From Utricularia gibba (lineage: Eukaryota; Plantae; Magnoliophyta): a stretch of 64,000 bases of DNA. The first letter of the stretch is position 1. Each line of letters opens with the position of its first letter. The translations under genes were made by a program, and so were the position numbers. The notes beneath the pieces are model-generated. The model did not search any database. It had not been told where the DNA came from and saw only the letters and a list, made by a program, of their open reading frames with translations. Positions 12,020 through 24,392 of this stretch are shown here, one piece after another. The stretch is from positions 6,014,001 through 6,078,000 of the forward strand of contig CM007990.1 of the NCBI GenBank assembly GCA_002189035.1, read 5' to 3'.

Positions 12020-14061
12020 TCAGCAGAAGTCTGCCGATTTTCCGATGAGAATGCCCTCGGAAGCAAGAAAATTCATGATGGCGTTCTTTTGCCAGCCCTT
12101 GAAACTCCTGCAAATTATCTTGTTAAAACACTTAAAATAGAATGAAGGAATGCGCACCATTCCGCTGTTCCATAGTCACATCACAATACGCACGAGATAC
12201 ATGGGGGACGAACGTACTTGTGATCAAGATGAGCCAATATCTTGCCTCCAGGGAAAGCTGTTGCGGTCGCTTCAAATGCAACTTTGATAGCATCCTTCCA
12301 TGCACCGCTGACATGCTCGGCATCTGTTTTCTTGTGGGATTCTTGGGGTTCTTCCATCGGCAGCGAATATCCAGAGAGGAGGTGACCGACCCATGTCCCA
12401 TTTTTCCTGCAGTTTATTCGATGGAAAATGGACATTTTGTTAGCTGAGCGCATCATACCTCGTAAAGCGCAGATATTGGAAGAATTCTGTTACATGATCA
12501 CATCCATGTGACGGGGTACATAATGCCCTCCTCCGATACCAAGAAGAATTTTATTATTTTCAGATTTGCTGTCCAATGAAAAACAACTTTGTGAGAAAAA
12601 AAAGGCTTTGGTTAAATAGTGAAAGATAAATAGAGAGCACTTAAAGAACTATGAGTTTCTGGAATTCAAATCATACTTGCTCCAAGTTCCAACCGGCGAG
12701 CCTTCTCCAAGACCAAGTCCTTCCCAAACTAGCTTCATTGACGAGCAGCATACTAGTCAGATTGATGATAAAGTATTCAAAATTGCATGCAAACCTTTGA
12801 TATTTGGCAAGAAAATTTTGCGAATCATTGGTTCAAGCTAATCAATAGGGAAATTGGTATTTGATGTAACTCAACTAGTGCAACCACACGAGCAGCATCC
12901 TCCCGTCCCCAGTATTCTTCTGTGCTCCCTGCATTGATTCGAGTTAAAGTTCCTCTGTTTTCATAAGGTAATCTTAAGGGTTCACAAAAAAAAAATTACT
13001 AAAAGTTGAAAGGATGGCTTAATTTCCAACAGTATTACAAAAAGTGTGATCACATTAACACTTCAAGTAGATGCCAAAGTACAAACTGCAAATGGTATAA
13101 CTCCACCCAGACTTACCTATCTCAATGAACATGGTGGGCTTTGTTGTTACCGGTCCATGGTGAGTAGCCTCGAGTGTTATCTGCAGCAACCAGGCTTCTC
13201 AACATAAGCCATAATGTGACGCAGTGTTTCAAAATATCAAGCTTTTTTTTCAGATTTCTCGGGTTCGAGCAACATATTCATGGCGCAATACTTCCATCCA
13301 ACTAACGGTTACTCAAACAGAGCACGTCGGTTTTATGCAAAGCAGAAAAACTAACACAGGCAAAACACATATGAATGCAAACCTAGAGAGAGGAGATTAC
13401 TTCGAATTCTGGTACTAAATTATGGGATTCTGCAATTTTCTTCAACAGCATCAACCAAGGACCAATACGTGGATTAGGTGGCGCTGCCCATCCTGGTTTT
13501 CCTCCCTGGGTAAAACATCTCCATCCTTCAAATGAGGCACCCCTGCAAAAACATTGCAACAAAAACCAATCTAAAAAAACTACCAAGAATCGAATCCTAA
13601 ACAGAGAAGACACAGCCTTAACAAATATAACGAGTCTCTGTTCTGAATACATCTCCCATCACCCTTTCTTTGACATGCATCCATGCAATCACAGGAGGAA
13701 TCCCTAGGATTTTATCTTGAACTAAGAAATATGAATCCGGAACCCGAAAGATGTCCGTATAATTGGAATTACCAATCGGGTGAATGGTTAAGGCGGGACG
13801 GGTTGAGGCGGCCGCATGGCGAGATAGAAAAATAAGCTCCGTGACAGTTTCCCCCGTGGCAGCTTCCCATCTCATGTCTAGATCATCTTCGGCAATTATA
13901 GAAGCGTCGTGTTCCAATAGCCTCAAGTGATCCCCATTTATGAAGCTCCTGATTCCGGCGGTGAGTGCTGGACCGGAGTTCCAACAGGGCATGGCCAGAA
14001 GGGCCTTTGCAGGGTTGATCGAAGCCGCATCCGCCGTCGTTGCAACCACCAGCGTCACCAT
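12020..14061 (-). CDS. GEK1: D-aminoacyl-tRNA deacylase, archaeal DTD2 type; 8 exons
   Basis: MVTLVVATTAD.ASINPA, FLSRH, ALTIHPIG, ITLEATHHGP, GIGGGHYVPRH, WVGHLLSGYSLPM and LDHKSFKGWQK. Exon 2 needs one base restored at 13508-13510 to read LPQGGKPGWAA. Confidence 0.93.
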
Positions 14062-14352
14062 ATTTTGCAGCGTTTGTCGAATCGCTGGCGCCTGCATCCC
14101 CAAGCAAAAATATTCCTGGGAAGTCGGTGACCTGTTAACCCTAATACTTACTGCACACGTATTAGTAATTAACAGTAAATGAAAACCCCTTTAGTCTCCA
14201 GCAGCGGCTGAAATCTATTACTTTCTGTGTGATTAATAGATATAATACAACAAGGGCCAAGCTCCAGGCTGGCCATGTTCTCCTCCCCCATCCTCATATA
14301 GCATCCATCCATCGCAAACAAAAGGCAGAAGCATCAAGAAAAAGTTAACGCC

Positions 14353-14613
14353 ATGGAGAGCCTTGACCCTGAGTTTCCAGGCTTCCAGCCGGTAGCCCTG
14401 AAGGATGCGTTGGTAGCTGCTCGAAAACCGCCGTTGAGCCGATTGCAGAGACGAGCCCCTCGACCGCTGCTGCTCAAGCCAGGTGCTGCTGAAACCAGAA
14501 GTGCGGTGGCTGAAGATCCTATTCCTCTTCTTTCTCCATTAGTGTTGCCTCCTCCGGTACTGGACTTGGAGTTAAAGTCTTTGATTCATCACGATGTTGT
14601 AGCCGAGTCTTGA
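14353..14613 (+). CDS. Small Pro/Ser-rich protein of the PRP/PH (At4g14450-like) family, 86 aa
   Basis: ATG in GCCATGG context; carries the family motifs SRLQRRAPxPL and DPIPLLSPLVL. Confidence 0.7.
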   Translation: MESLDPEFPGFQPVALKDALVAARKPPLSRLQRRAPRPLLLKPGAAETRSAVAEDPIPLLSPLVLPPPVLDLELKSLIHHDVVAES

Positions 14614-14676
14614 TGTGGGTGTTGGATTTACGTGCAGTATTGATTATATTTTCTTAGATTTAATATTTAGTACAAA

Positions 14677-14748
14677 GTCGTTGTAGTATAGTGGTGAGTA
14701 TTCCTGCCTGTCACGCAGGTGACCCGGGTTCGATCCCCGGCAACGGCG
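14677..14748 (+). tRNA. tRNA-Asp(GTC)
   Basis: GTCGTTG/CAACGGC acceptor stem, A-box TAGTATAGTGG, anticodon stem CCTGC/GCAGG with GTC at 14710-14712, B-box GGTTCGATCC, T4 at 14754-14757. Confidence 0.97.
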
Positions 14749-14958
14749 GTTCCTTTTGTCATTTGCATTTTGTTTGGGCTTAAACAACATCACACCCGTC
14801 TGATTTTTTCTTATCAAGCCCGAAGGCTTGGGCCAGCCCAAACATCGAAGGTGAATTTTGGTATCGAAGGTGAAGTTTAGGGGCATTTCTGGTAATATTT
14901 ACTTACACCGGAGTGAGAAGCCCTGATTTTGCGGCAGCCGGTGGAAGAGCCGATTGCG

Positions 14959-15732
14959 ATGAACGAGCCAGTGCAGAAGAACACGCTGTACGTCGGAGGA
15001 TTGGCGGACGAGGTGAACGAGCAAATACTTCACGCAGCTTTCATACCTTTCGGAGATATTAAGGATGTGAAAACTCCACTGGACCACGCGACTCAGAAGC
15101 ACAGATCTTTCGGTTTCGTTACTTTTCTCGAGAGAGAGGATGCTGCCGCCGCCATGGACAATATGGACGGCACTGAATTGTATGGCCGCGTGCTAACCGT
15201 CAATTACGCCTTCCCCGAGCGCATCAAGGGTGGTGAACATGGCTGGGCCGCCCAACCTAGTAAGATTTCGCTGGCTTTCTTCCAAGAATCTAATTGCGTG
15301 TTCGAGTTTATTGTTTCATTGAAGTGTATTTTGTTACTAGGGTTCAATTTCCTTCGATTTTTTGCTCGTGATATCATCGAATATCGAGGATATGCAGTAA
15401 TAAGATGATTTCTTGTGAAATTGTTGTTTCACTGGTGCTTGAATTATCACACTTGATTTCCTGAGTGTTGTTGGGTAATCTAATCATGGATCTTGTGTTA
15501 TTTCCTTTTGAAAATGTCAGTTTGGGCGGATGCGGATACCTGGTTTGAAAGACAGCAACAAGAACAGGAAATGCAGCGACTGCAAGCCGAGCAACGGGCG
15601 GCGATGCAGGCTGCGGAAGAACTGCACAGGAAGAAAATGGCAGATGAACGAGAAGGAGAGAAAGAAGAAGCAGATGAGGATCCCATGAAGAAGGTTGAAG
15701 CAGAAGCCTTGAAAACCACTTCTGAATCCTAG
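14959..15732 (+). CDS. RRM protein resembling the cyclophilin E (PPIE) RRM, with no PPIase domain; 2 exons
   Basis: [10 protein letters not shown] (RNP2), HRSFGFVTF (RNP1) and [10 protein letters not shown]. Intron 15260-15520 joins WAAQP|[15 protein letters not shown]. Confidence 0.9.
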
Positions 15733-15937
15733 ACATTATTGCTCATGTGGATTGGCCTTTCATATGTTCGGAGAAACCAGGAAGCATTGTCGTTTGCCTT
15801 GATCTTTTGTATCAGAATTTATGTCGGATAGTTGCAGCTCAAGTTAAGCAGAAACTTTTACAAGGCTAGTTTTTTCCCATAGCTATGGGACTTGTAAAAC
15901 TCAGACTTGACGTTCACTGAGCAAATGACTATTGAAC

Positions 15938-17543
15938 CTATGGAGAATGGATTCTTTTTCTCCTTTGAACCAGGGCGTCACAAACCTTGACAGCATCCAA
16001 ATTGTCTCTCACATTATGCACTCTAACCATATTAGCCCCACCCAATACTCCAGCAACGACTGATGCAACGGTGGCAGGATCCCTCTCCGACGCGATGGCC
16101 CGGCAGCAGATTTCACCAAGAAATCTCTTTCTAGAAGGCCCTATAAGTGAAGGAGCATGGGACATGGCCAAGCTTTTCCCAGCAATGCTGGAAATAATTT
16201 CAGGTAAACCGTTGATTATGTCTAAGTTCTGCTCTGTGCTCTTGGAGAATCCGATTCCAGGATCTATGACCATTCTCCAGGCAGGTATGCCTGATAGTTC
16301 GGCATCTCGAAACTGGACAAATAATTCAGATGCAACTTCCTTACAAACATTAGAATACTTCAGGTTCTCTTGATTCTGCATTGTCGTTGGATTACCTCTC
16401 ATGTGCATTACAATGTATGGAACCTTGAGAGCTGAAACCACATTGTGCATATTTGCATCCATCTTTCCACCAGACACATCATTGATAAGATCAGCGCCAT
16501 GATGGACCGCTTCCAAAGCAACCTGCGGATGAAATGTATCCACTGATATTAACTTCCCCTCCATCTCAGGCAAGCTCTTTATAGCGTCCAAGACAGGGAT
16601 CAACCTTTCCAGCTCTTGTTCAGAAGATAAGTATGATGCCATCGGCCGAGTCGATTGAGCACCAATATCAACTATATCTGCACCTTCCGCTATAATGGAA
16701 CGAGCCTGGGAAACAGCAGAATCGACGCTTACAAACTTCCCTCCATCGCTGAAACTATCAGGAGTCACATTGAGAATGCCCATGACGGAGGTTTTAGATG
16801 ACCAATTCCACAGCTTTTTTGCAACTGGTAATACTCTTACTATCCCCTGATCTCCAATGAGAGATTCACCTCCTAGTTTCTCCCATGCCCCAAAAATCCC
16901 ACCAGCATTCTCAGAAAGCAAATGCCAAGATTTGACAATCTCATCATCTTCATCATATCCCAGCAGATCACCCAATGGGCCCAATACAAAAGGTCTTTCC
17001 CAAATTCTTTCATGTGGGATGATTAAAGTCTCTGTGTTAACTCTTTGTTTCCCATAAAACAGAATGTCCAAATCAATTGGCCTTGGCCCATATCTGATTC
17101 CCCCGCTACGCCCCATGTCCCTCTCTATCTCCTTCAACACTCCCAACAGTTTGTGTGGATCAAGTTTTGTAGTTCCTCTAATGGCGGAATTTAGGAAATG
17201 GGGTTGCTCAGTTACATAAGCAGGCGCAGTTTCATATAAGCAGCTGTGTCTAGTGATCCGAATACCCGATTTCTTCATCCGCTCCAAGGCGCAGTCAAAG
17301 TTGTGAATTCTGTCCCCCAGATTGCTTCCCAACGCAATGATGATTTGGTGCTCCTCGCAGTTGACTTCCACTGGAGTTTCATGGAATGAATGGGAAAAAT
17401 AGCGCCATGAAGCTGAAAAAGATGGAGAATAACGCGTTAGCGCAGCCCACCAAATCCATTATGCCATTTGGAGAAAGAAAAATCTCACCTTTACAAGAGT
17501 TTTTAGCATTTCTAGCAATGGACAAAACCCGTTTGAAGATCAT
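15938..17543 (-). CDS. HPPK-DHPS: Bifunctional HPPK-DHPS folate synthesis enzyme with a probable mitochondrial presequence; exons 17489-17543 and 15938-17412
   Basis: IALGSNLGD, YETAP, GPRPIDLDILFY and IPHERIWERPFV (HPPK); MGILNVTPDSFSDGG, DIGAQSTRP, DPGIGFSK, GPSRKRF and RVHNV (DHPS). The upstream exon MIFKRVLSIARNAKNSCK splices in frame over a 76-nt intron. Confidence 0.95.
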
Positions 17544-17731
17544 CACTCAGTCTAAATTCTTCTTGCAGGCAAGAATTCAATTGGGATGGAAGATAATGTT
17601 AACTCACCGGTTCACCCTGCGTAAATTGAAGGATAAAAAAGACATTTTTATGAGCCGCTGCTTAGAAACCATTTATCTTTTTCTACTGAGCTTTGCCTCC
17701 GCCTCACCCCTGGTCTGAGGAAACTCTTATC

Positions 17732-19930
17732 ATGGCCTCGATGGTGCTCGTACAGTTTTCTGCGCTACCCAGGTTCTTATCTTCTTGCTTGTCTAGTTTT
17801 TACTGTTGTTATGTTATCTTTGTCAAACTGCACATCTGGGTTTACGTTCTGGGTCTTTGGCTTCATGTTTCTGCTGCAATGCTCCATTATACTCCCTTTG
17901 AACGGTACAGAACCAACGGAAGTAAAATGGTGACGCAGAAGTGTTTATATTTCTAACTTTTTAGAATAAAAGGAGCTTGAACTGGATAATTCCTGGTGTG
18001 GAATGACTGCTCGAAATTGAGGAGCCTTAAATTCATCATGTGTTATGTTTTTTTTTTAAAGGAAATGGATGGGGTGCGTCAACCAGAATCCCTTTCAATA
18101 CGAGAACCTTTGGAAAGTTCAACAGCTTAGAGTGAATATCAAGGCGCTTAAAGCTGCCCCAACAAATGATTCACTTCCTTCTGAAGAGCCGGAATTAGGG
18201 ATGGGCAATGTGGAGAAGAAAACTCGGAAAACGACTAAAAGGGCATCTTCCAGATCAAAGAAACAAGTAATGGATGATCTTGTTGAAGATTCTGCTCTCA
18301 ACAGTATTGTAAGAGACAAGGGTATTTTAACACATTCAGTCACTAGTGATTTTACACGAGATTCAAATTATGTTGAAACATGTGAATCAGAATAGTTTCT
18401 TTGCTTTAATACAAAGATTCCGATTTGTGAGTTTTCTTTTATGCAGCACCAGAAGTTCATGTCTCTGAAGAAGTGGCTACTCAGAAGAAAACACGGCCAA
18501 GAAGACGTAAAAAGAATCCTGATGATGCAGACACCCAGGTTACCGGGACTGAAGTCAGTGATAATGAAGGGGAAAGTTTTTCATTTTCCTTGGATGAGGA
18601 CAGTGAAATAGAACTAGATTTGGAAATAGATGAAGGAGAGGATATAAGCTTCACTTATGGGTGGCCACCCTTAGTTTGTTGTTTTGGAGCTGCACAACAT
18701 TTTTTTGTGCCAAATGGAAGACCGGCTAGTAGGCGTATTGACAATGAAATTCATGAGAGGAATAAGGATGCATTATGGGAACCTGAGAAATTCGTGAGAT
18801 CTTCTGGAGGATGTGCAAGTAATGTTGCAATATCCCTAGCAAAATTGGGAGGTAAAGTCGCCTTCATGGGAAAATTAGGGAACGACAGCTTTGGGCAGTA
18901 CTTGCTCTACTTGTTGAATAGCAATAATGTCCAAACCAGATGCATACGCCTTGATGGTAAAAAGGCGACCACCCTATCAAAGATGAAGGTCATTAGGAGA
19001 GCTGGTTTGAGGATGAGTAGTGCCAAGCCATGTGCACAGGATTGTTTGTCTGTCTCTGAGATCAACATAGACGTCTTGAAAGAGGTTAGTAGTCTTGGTG
19101 AATTTGCATAAGCTCATGCATTCTGTGCATAGTCTGATGAGCACTAATTGTTTATCCAGGCAAAGATGTTCTATTTCGATTCATTCAGCCTCCTGGATCA
19201 GAGTATGAGATCAACCACATTTCAGGCCATCAAAATTGCAAAAAAGCTAGGAAATGTCATCTTCTATGATCCCAATTTTCCATTACCACTTTGGAGATCC
19301 ACCGAGGAGACTAAGATGTTTGTTCAAAAGGCGTGGAGACTATCCAATATCATTGAGATCACAAAGCAAGAGCTGGAGTTTCTTTGTGGAATCAAAACAT
19401 CTGAGGCTTTTGACACCAACGATAATGATAGTTCTAAGTTCATTCATTATCCTCCTGAAGTCATCTCGCAGCTATGGCACGATGATCTCAAGGTCTTATT
19501 TGTGACGAATGGAACCTCCAAGGTACACTATTACACGAAGGAGTTCGATGGGTTTGTATATGGTTCTGAGGATGCACTCCTCACCCCCTATACGGCTCAC
19601 ATGGCTGCCTCAGGAGATGGCATGGTTGCAGGTAAAGGACAATCATCACAAACATTTTCCACTTACAGTCTTCTCTGTCTCATGCGTCACCCTGCCTTTT
19701 TTTCAGGTATATTACGCATGCTGGCAGTTCAACCCCATCTCATTACCGACCAAGGTTACTTGGAGAAAACAATCAGGTTTGCGATTACGTGCGGAGTTAC
19801 CGATCAATGGCTCGAGGCTCAAAGCCTTGGCTACCCTGCTAAAGAAGGGATGGATGTTGAAGCTGATTCCAATGGTATCAGATCCGTGACAGAAAGGGAG
19901 TTTAGAACCATTGTTCCTTCACAATCATGA
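17732..19930 (+). CDS. FLN2: Fructokinase-like 2, a pfkB-family plastid RNA polymerase-associated protein
   Basis: Acidic N-terminus, then TYGWPPLVCCFGAAQH, GGCASNVAISLA.LGG.VAFMGKLG, YDPNFPLPLW, LFVTNGTSKVHYYT and ASGDGMVAG. Confidence 0.92.
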
Positions 19931-21198
19931 GGACAACAAATAATTGTTCTTCTTCTTGTCTGTGTAGTTCTAAGCTTTTTCTCATGATTTGAGGTTTTGA
20001 GTCGAAACGGGATTTTGAATTCTTGTCTACTGTTAAACATATTCACATGCTGATGCTACTAGACACGAAAATGTCAGATTCACTAGAAACCAAGTATAGT
20101 TCCAAGGGTATCTCCGAAAGGTTTTGGATGCTTTGCTCTTCTGGAGGTGCTTGTATTTCCTGAAGTGGCATCTCTTCGAGCACCTCCTATTTCCACTGGT
20201 GCCATATTGTCTGTCATCCCAAGGTAGCCAGCCGCATGCCCAGGCACTTTCCCATTCAAATAACGCTCATGATTTTCAGGATCTCCGACCACCCCCTGTC
20301 CAGTGTGGTGACCGGCCAACTCCTCCACTACTATCCGACCAGCTTCAAGCTCCATCCCACATCATCATTCCATTTTCTGAGGCTACTGTGAACCTTTGTG
20401 TTTTCTGCGCTGGGAATGCACACTTTCTCAAGGAAAGCCTTTAAGTCGTGTTCTGGCGGCGGTGACTTATTTGCCATTTCAAAGCGAGCTGGACAAACAC
20501 GAGTCTTATGCCACGCGTCATTATAAGCGACGGCGGATGCAACCGGGTCCGGATAAAACCCAGTCTCTGGATCCTCGATCCCAAATTTTCCCCCAATTCA
20601 GGCATCGCAATTCCTTTCAATTTTCTGGGAGATCGACGTTGTGAAACCCTATTTGGTTTGATTTCATTCGGATCACGCTTGCCAGATCGATTTTACCTTT
20701 GCGATATTCTCTGCTTATAGAATTCTAGGGTTTTCACTTGAATTCTCTGTTCCTTGAGATTTTTAATTTCCTCCATTTTTAAAAAATTTGTCAATTTGAT
20801 CAGCTGATGTCAGCGAAAGTGGGATATCTGTTTTTTTCGTCGTCGTTTTTTGGGTAATCAAGGCCAGGCCCTACCCGGGAGGCAAAGCTAATCGACGATT
20901 TGGGTGCGTCTTTTTCTTCTTTCGTAATAGCTACCTGCTTGCTTGGGTTAAAATGAGTTTTGTTTCGCTTTCTCTTCCTGTTTTCTTATCCTATTACGTG
21001 CAAGATGAGCATTTGTGTTTTTCTTCTGGAATATTCCTGTAGTAAGAAATTACAAACTGTTTAATTTTTTCCCCTGAAATTGTTGTGTATTATCTAACGG
21101 GTTTAGGGGTGATGTTTTTCAATTATGAGTCAAGTTAAGAGAAGAATCATGGTTTAGTATGTTATGGGCATATAAAAATCACTTCTTTATATGCCGAG

Positions 21199-22580
21199 AT
21201 GCAGAAAATGGGAGTAAAGCGTCCTGTACAAGGGGACGGTTGTACGGAGTCGTCATTTAAACACCCTAAACTATCTGATACCAACAAGCAGCTGGCGTTG
21301 TTCACCGGGAGCCTTCCTTCTACTAAGGAAAGTGTAGAAATCTATTCTCCAGGTAGGTTACATTTCTTCGCGGCATGTTTGTTGATCCCTAGATGTTCCT
21401 ATTTCTGTGGATCAATTGGCTGACAGTGTCATGCTTTCCGGAAAGAGATAAATGATCTGGACAATTGAAACAAGCGTAATATCACCACTTGAGAGTGCAA
21501 CTCTTATTTGTGCTCCATTTCTTCACAGGCGAACCTGAATACAACAAGTTTGCAAGTCTATTCTCCGATGATGATGGTGCCAAATGGCCACACGGTAGTG
21601 CATTGGCATCCTTGGTGGACGATGGCTTAGAAGGAAGTGTTCCCTTATCAATGTACACTAGAAAAGGCTGTGAAGAAGATAACGTGACAGAGGAATCGTA
21701 TTATCCTTTCCCAAATCCCAGATATATAAGTTACAGCATACCCTGGCCACATATTCAACAGTTTGAGGAACCGCGTGTGATACTGATTGAGAGCCCCCAA
21801 TATAAGCATGTCCCCATTGGACCTGATTATCAGGCTGAAATACCTATTTGGAACCCAATTGCCTATTTTTCATGTTGTCATGATGCTGAAAATCCTGGAG
21901 AGCACAAATTTTTGGGAACATCTATCATTCCTGGGCCTGGATCCCCAACACTGGATGAAGGAAACGTCGAACCTGAACAGGTAGAGTGCAGCTGCTTAGA
22001 TATGGGTTCCATTAGATGTCATCAGCAACATATAGAGGAATCAAGAGAAAGGTTGCAGGAGAAAATCGGAAGCATAGCGTTTAGAGACTTGGGACTCTGT
22101 GACATGGGTGAGAAAGTTTCTCAGTCATGGACTTGTGAAGAAGAGAATCTCTTTCATAAGGTTGTTTTCTCATATCCTGCATCACATGGTGATAATTTTT
22201 GGAAGTGCCTCGATCTAGCATTCCCAAACCGAACAAAGAAGGAACTTGTAAGCTACTATTTCAATGTGTTTATGCTAAGGAAGCGAGCTTCTCAGAATAG
22301 GCACTCTCCTGCGATGATAGACAGTGATGACGATGAACCAAATTGTGCCTACTGGGATTCAGATGAAGAAGTGAATGACTCAAAACCAGATGACTTTGTT
22401 GCAGCTGAACGACAGTTTGAAGATTCAGCCAATTCTTCCGAAGATGGGCACGACTCTCATGTTTTTACAGAAAGCTTTGTCTCCATTCCACCGAAGCAAT
22501 ATGAAAATGGGAGGAGTGGTGACAATCATGCAGCTGCTGATAACATTGCCCTTCAACGGCCAGACTGGACTCAGATTTAA
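21199..22580 (+). CDS. ELM2/SANT-domain nuclear protein (ARID-associated family without an ARID domain); 2 coding exons
   Basis: VPIGPDYQAEIP (ELM2), CSC.D.GSIRC.QQH, W..EEE.LF, KKELVSYYFNVFMLRKRA.QNR and IDSDDDE; intron 21353-21528. Confidence 0.85.
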
Positions 22581-24392
22581 AGGGACATGCTGGGTCCACG
22601 AAGTTGTTAAAGTACTTGGGTTTCGTACAAATGGTGGAATATTTATACCGAACCTGCAGCATCTCAAAACATAAGAAGGTGAAGGAAGTGCCTTCGGCGA
22701 CATGAGTCTGGAAAGAACAAGCGCTGCTCATCCAGGGTTTCTCGAGGACCTTTCCCCAAGGTTTGTAGCTGTGTATTCACATGAATAATGGCTGCCATTG
22801 GCATTAAGTTAGAAACTCGGCAGTCCATGAAGAGCAGCTTCTGTTTCTCTCGTTTACTTCTTCTTCACGATGTGGCGGTCGCAGTTTGTGGCCACAGGAC
22901 AACCGAAGTGTTGTATATGTTGGTAAGTATTGAAAAAACAAAACAAAAAAAAAACAAGGTGCTTGGTCTATAAGTTGAAGTTGAGTAGCAGTCACTAACT
23001 AGTTGGGTGGGTGCAATGAGGACCACATCTTTTGAAAGCAGGCCTTTGGAATCCATTTAATAGTGCCACAAGTTGGCCCTTGAGGACCGCCCAGTGCAGT
23101 GCCTGTAGTCAAATGAAGAGTGCTTGCTATTAACCCCAACAAGGAACCACACCCTTACCCAGACACACACTCACACACCACACACATTACCTACCATTTC
23201 TTCCTTCTGCCTCAAAATATATTTGCTATTGAATACTCCACTCCAAAGATGGTTATATGGTATTCTAAAAACAAAACCTGCAAACTCAGGCACATGATGC
23301 GTGATGACTAGTGTTGTATTCTTTGGAGAAGTAGAACCAAGAGGCAGCAAGCACAGGGGGGATTCAAGTACAAAAAACGTTGTATTTGGGGGTAGGGGCA
23401 AAATAGGTATTACGGGTGACAATAACGGCCGGGGATTCGGATCTTCCTTGGGCTTGAAAGTAGCGTAAAGGCATTAACTCTGGTGTTGAGTTCATGTTCG
23501 TGGGAGTGAGTGACAACCCACCAGCGCCGCTACCGCTATTGCTACCATCCCTATCCCCAACTCCGAACCAGAAAAAGGAGGAGTATTTAGTTTTGTTTGG
23601 TGTTAAAACTAAGAATCCCCAACAAACAAAATTCGATTTTGATTTGAGTCTTATTCAGAACAATTATCTAAGAAATCGTGAAGCTTTTGATCCTCCAAGG
23701 AAAGCAGCAACCTCTCCCCCTTTTTTTTCTCATCTGAAAGATTACACGTGTTGCCCATCTTCAGCATCGGGCAACACAGTGGTGCGTGTGTTCGTTCATG
23801 TATGGAATTCTCCTCCCACTTCTGCAACAAACTTGGAAGAAATGCAGAGAGAGATGGGATTGGGAAGTGGTGAAGTAGGAGAAATTTAAGGAAGAAGATG
23901 AAAGAGTCTTTTGGTTTCTGTTTCTGATTCTCCCTATTGTGGATGGCTAGTTCAAAGCCCATCATTACAGACCCATCTGTTTCAAAAGTTTGATTCTTTA
24001 CCCCCATAACATTAATTTTGTTTTTTGGGTTTTTTTTCTTTTATTCCCATCACAATCTTGGATCATTACTCCTCGGGTTTAGCTAACTTATGCCTTTTTT
24101 TTCTCTCTTTGATTTCATAAATATCAGATTCTAAACAGTTGTAACTCTTCCTTTCAATTGCCCCCAAATCGTCAGTTGTTCATCTCATATGCCGAAATTG
24201 CTGGGTTGTTTGCTTTTTTTGGCTGAACTCTGGTTCAGGTTCATATCTGTGACTTGATGCTGTTTATTCTGATCTGGGTCTGCTTTTCTTTGATTGTTTG
24301 ATCGAGAAATGCTGCATTTCGTATAAAAAACGTGGTTGACCAGTGATCTTTAGCATCTGGGTTGATTTAATTTGTTGCTTGTTTGAACAACG

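Noticed and set aside
15987-16373. Antisense ORFs over HPPK-DHPS (and similar ones over GT34, VTI12, GALT1 and PMT2)
   Set aside because: They are shadows of real coding sequence on the opposite strand with no independent features.
20354-20364. ATCCCACATCA resembling the plant snRNA USE element
   Set aside because: One mismatch, no TATA box at the required spacing, and no snRNA-like sequence downstream.
23040-23102. ALHWAVLKG ankyrin-like peptide on the - strand
   Set aside because: Only a short match, with no further ankyrin repeat and no in-frame start through the candidate intron.
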